Assembly: GCF_902713615.1 (NCBI RefSeq)
Contig: NC_052161.1
Location: forward strand, 126,378,678-126,442,677
Length of the DNA: 64,000 nucleotides
Reading direction: 5' to 3'
DNA from: Scyliorhinus canicula
Taxonomy: Eukaryota
Part shown: piece after piece, positions 61,818 to 64,000 of the stretch
How the letters are laid out: each line of letters begins with the position of its first letter
Numbering within the stretch: position 1 is the stretch's first letter
Made by a program: the position numbers and the translations under genes
The notes under the pieces: generated by a model
Databases searched by the model: none
Told to the model about the DNA's origin: nothing
Seen by the model: the letters and a program-made list of their open reading frames with translations, nothing else

Positions 61818-62102
61818 ATTAGCATGGATGGAGCCCACTCGGTCCATCATGCCTGTGCCAGCTCTTTGTAAAATTAGTCCCACTCCTCTGTTACTACCTC
61901 AGAGCCCTCCCAAGTATTTCCTTTTCAAGTATTTATTCCACTTCCTTTCAAAAGTTACAATTGAATTTGCCCCCAGCCTTCTTTCAAGCATTAGTACATT
62001 CCAGCTCATACACAACTCGAGGTAAAATGAAACATTCTGCTCATTCATGCCTACCCTTCCCTCCAACACCCACCCCCATCCCAGGTCTTCTGCCTCTAAA
62101 TC

Positions 62103-62278
62103 TGAAATGAAAATCGCTTATTGTCACAAGTAGGCTTCAAATGAAGTTACTGTGAAAAGCCCCAAGTCGCCACATTCCGGCACCTGTTCGGGGAGGCTGT
62201 TACAGGAATCGAACCGTGCTGCTGGACTGCTTCGTCTGCTTTCAAAGCCAGCGATTTAGCCCTGTGCTAAACAGCCCC
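62103..62278 (-). mobile_element. short tRNA-derived SINE
   Basis: Same family as 1342-1517. Confidence 0.8.
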
Positions 62279-62674
62279 ATATCTGTGTCCAGCTGTCAAT
62301 GCTCCTGGCAATGGAAACAAGTTTTTCCTTATTTACTCTATTAAAACCCCTCAGAATTTAATTTAGTTTAAATTTAATTAAGCTTTTCTGCTCTAAATAG
62401 GAACAGGTCCAGCTTCTCTCGCCTCTCCAACGAACTGAAGTCCCTCATCTTATCCTAGTACCATTCAAGTAAATCTCTTTGCGATATGGAAGTGACCTCA
62501 GTGTGGTGAGGCTGGTGCTATTTGTACCTCATCCTTTTACAATGCAAGGATTCTCGCACAACTGCATGTGCCCGCTGCCACTGGAGAGAGTGCTAAACCA
62601 GTGTTCCAGGAGTCACCAATGCTGAGCTGTGGTGCCTCCACACTCTGATAAACCATGATAACCATCAGATGGAA

Positions 62675-62933
62675 TAGGGGTTGCCAACCTTCCAGGCTTG
62701 TCCTGGAGTCTCCTGGAATTAAAGACTGATTCCCCTGCAAAAATAAGCAGGGAGAAAAATCGCAGGACATTAAAAAATGGTGCGTTCTTTTTCATTTCCT
62801 GTGCACATTTTTTGTTTATTAGTTACAAAATCTTGAAGATAAAGAGACCTGTTTGGACAGGTGGGATGGTAGGCAGGGAGAGGACGTGTAATGAAAACTC
62901 CAGGAATACAGCCATGCAGAGTTGGCAACCCTA
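62675..62933. mobile_element. MITE with TAGGG(G)TTGCCAAC terminal inverted repeats (hAT-like)
   Basis: taggggttgccaac ... gttggcaacccta; fragments of the same family near 30070-30125, 35578-35630 and 41248-41290. Confidence 0.65.
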
Positions 62934-63239
62934 TTATAGTCTGCAGTTGGGTTTTGACCTATATACGTTTTCTAGTAGGTGGGTATGGGGGAAGCTTGCA
63001 GTCTGAATGTGTTGATCAGCTTTATATGTGCAGAAAAGCAGTTGACGAGGTATTAAAGTGGGCCAAATGCGGGCAAGTGGGACTAGCTTTGTGATTAAAA
63101 CTGGATAGCATGGCCAAGCTGGGCCGAAGGGCCTGTTTCTATGCTGTAAACATCTATTAAAAAAAGAATGACAACTTATTCAAAGTTAGATTCTGTTTAT
63201 TTGTTGGTAGCTTATCCTTGTTGAAACTAGAACAATGGA

Positions 63240-63790
63240 CCTAGTCTCAAAATACCGCGGGGGGGGGGGGGGGGGGGGGGGGTGGATTTAGGACTGAGTT
63301 GAGGGGGAACCTCTTCACCCAAAGGGTTGTAAATCTGTGAAATTCCCTGCAGTCGAGGCTACCTTGTTGGATGTTTTCAAGGCAAAGATAGATAGGTTTT
63401 TGAACAGTAAAGGAATTAAGGGTTATGGTGAGCTGACGGATAAGTGAAGCTGAGCCCACAAAAAGATCAGCCATGATCTGTGGCGCTAACAATTACACAC
63501 AGAAGACTCGATACGGTACAAGAGAGGCTTTATTACAGTGAGATGCTATTCCTCTGGCTGCAGCTGTAGAATGGCATCTCAGAGAAACTTATGAATATTT
63601 ATACAGCTCCCTGAGGGCGGAGCTAGCCGGCAGGGGCTTACCAGCAAACCTGTAATACAGGTACTGTCATACATCCCCTAATGCAAGCACACACATATAT
63701 ACAGTGGTAGAGATCACCACAATCTCATTGAATGGCGGAGCAGGCTCGAGGGACCAGATGGCCTACTCCTGCTCCTAGTTCTTATGTTGT
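63240..63790 (+). mobile_element. CR1-type LINE 3' end interrupted by a solo LTR
   Basis: ttcacccaaagggttgtaaatctgtgaaattccctgc...agatcagccatgatc|tcattgaatggcggagcaggctcgaggg...ttcttatg. Confidence 0.75.
63479..63721 (-). mobile_element. solo LTR related to the Gypsy LTRs at 1943/6002
   Basis: 243 bp, TG...CA. Minus strand starts tgtggtgatctctaccactgtatata, contains ctcactgtaataaagcctc and ends gtaattgttagcgccaca. atc(t) duplicated at the flanks. Confidence 0.8.
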
Positions 63791-64000
63791 TTCCTCCTCC
63801 ATTATTTTTATAGGCACTCAGGGAATTGCGGGATACGGGGACAGAGTGGGAAGGTGAAGTTGTGGGAGAGGATCAGCCAGGTTCTTGCTGACTTATGAAA
63901 CGGGCACGGGTCGGGTTTGGCCTACTCCTGCTCCTATTTCTTATGTTCTTATTGTTGTCACTGTTTAGGCTCAGCCTTTTTAGTCGCCTGTTACTCATTT

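Overview
This is eukaryotic (vertebrate) genomic DNA, not prokaryotic. The SINE/LINE content points to a cartilaginous fish, probably a catshark (inference). The window holds part of a + strand calmodulin-binding transcription activator gene, best matching CAMTA1. Eight phase-consistent coding exons lie at 44930-58205 (coiled-coil, ankyrin repeats, IQ motifs), followed by a 21-nt microexon (LTWIALK) at 60474-60494. The ~45 kb upstream is most simply one long intron. It contains a decayed Ty3/Gypsy LTR retrotransposon (1943-6258) inserted inside a SINE, L1/CR1/L2 fragments, several SINE families, GC-rich TIR elements, a 4.2-kb 45-bp minisatellite and other tandem arrays. Most ORFs in the supplied track are spurious. 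Four observations stand out. (1) The Gypsy element has no tRNA primer-binding site; that position is a perfect 14-nt complement of its own LTR poly(A)-signal region, suggesting self-priming or poly(A) occlusion, and its RT motif reads YLDN instead of YxDD. (2) A candidate 33-nt in-frame exon and a CRE/AP-1/TATA cluster in the long intron could yield a CAMTA1 isoform lacking the DNA-binding domain. (3) A minimal hammerhead-ribozyme-like motif sits in a Penelope-like fragment. (4) SINE heads and tails are swapped in modular fashion. All calls were made by eye without database searches; boundaries of old repeats are approximate.
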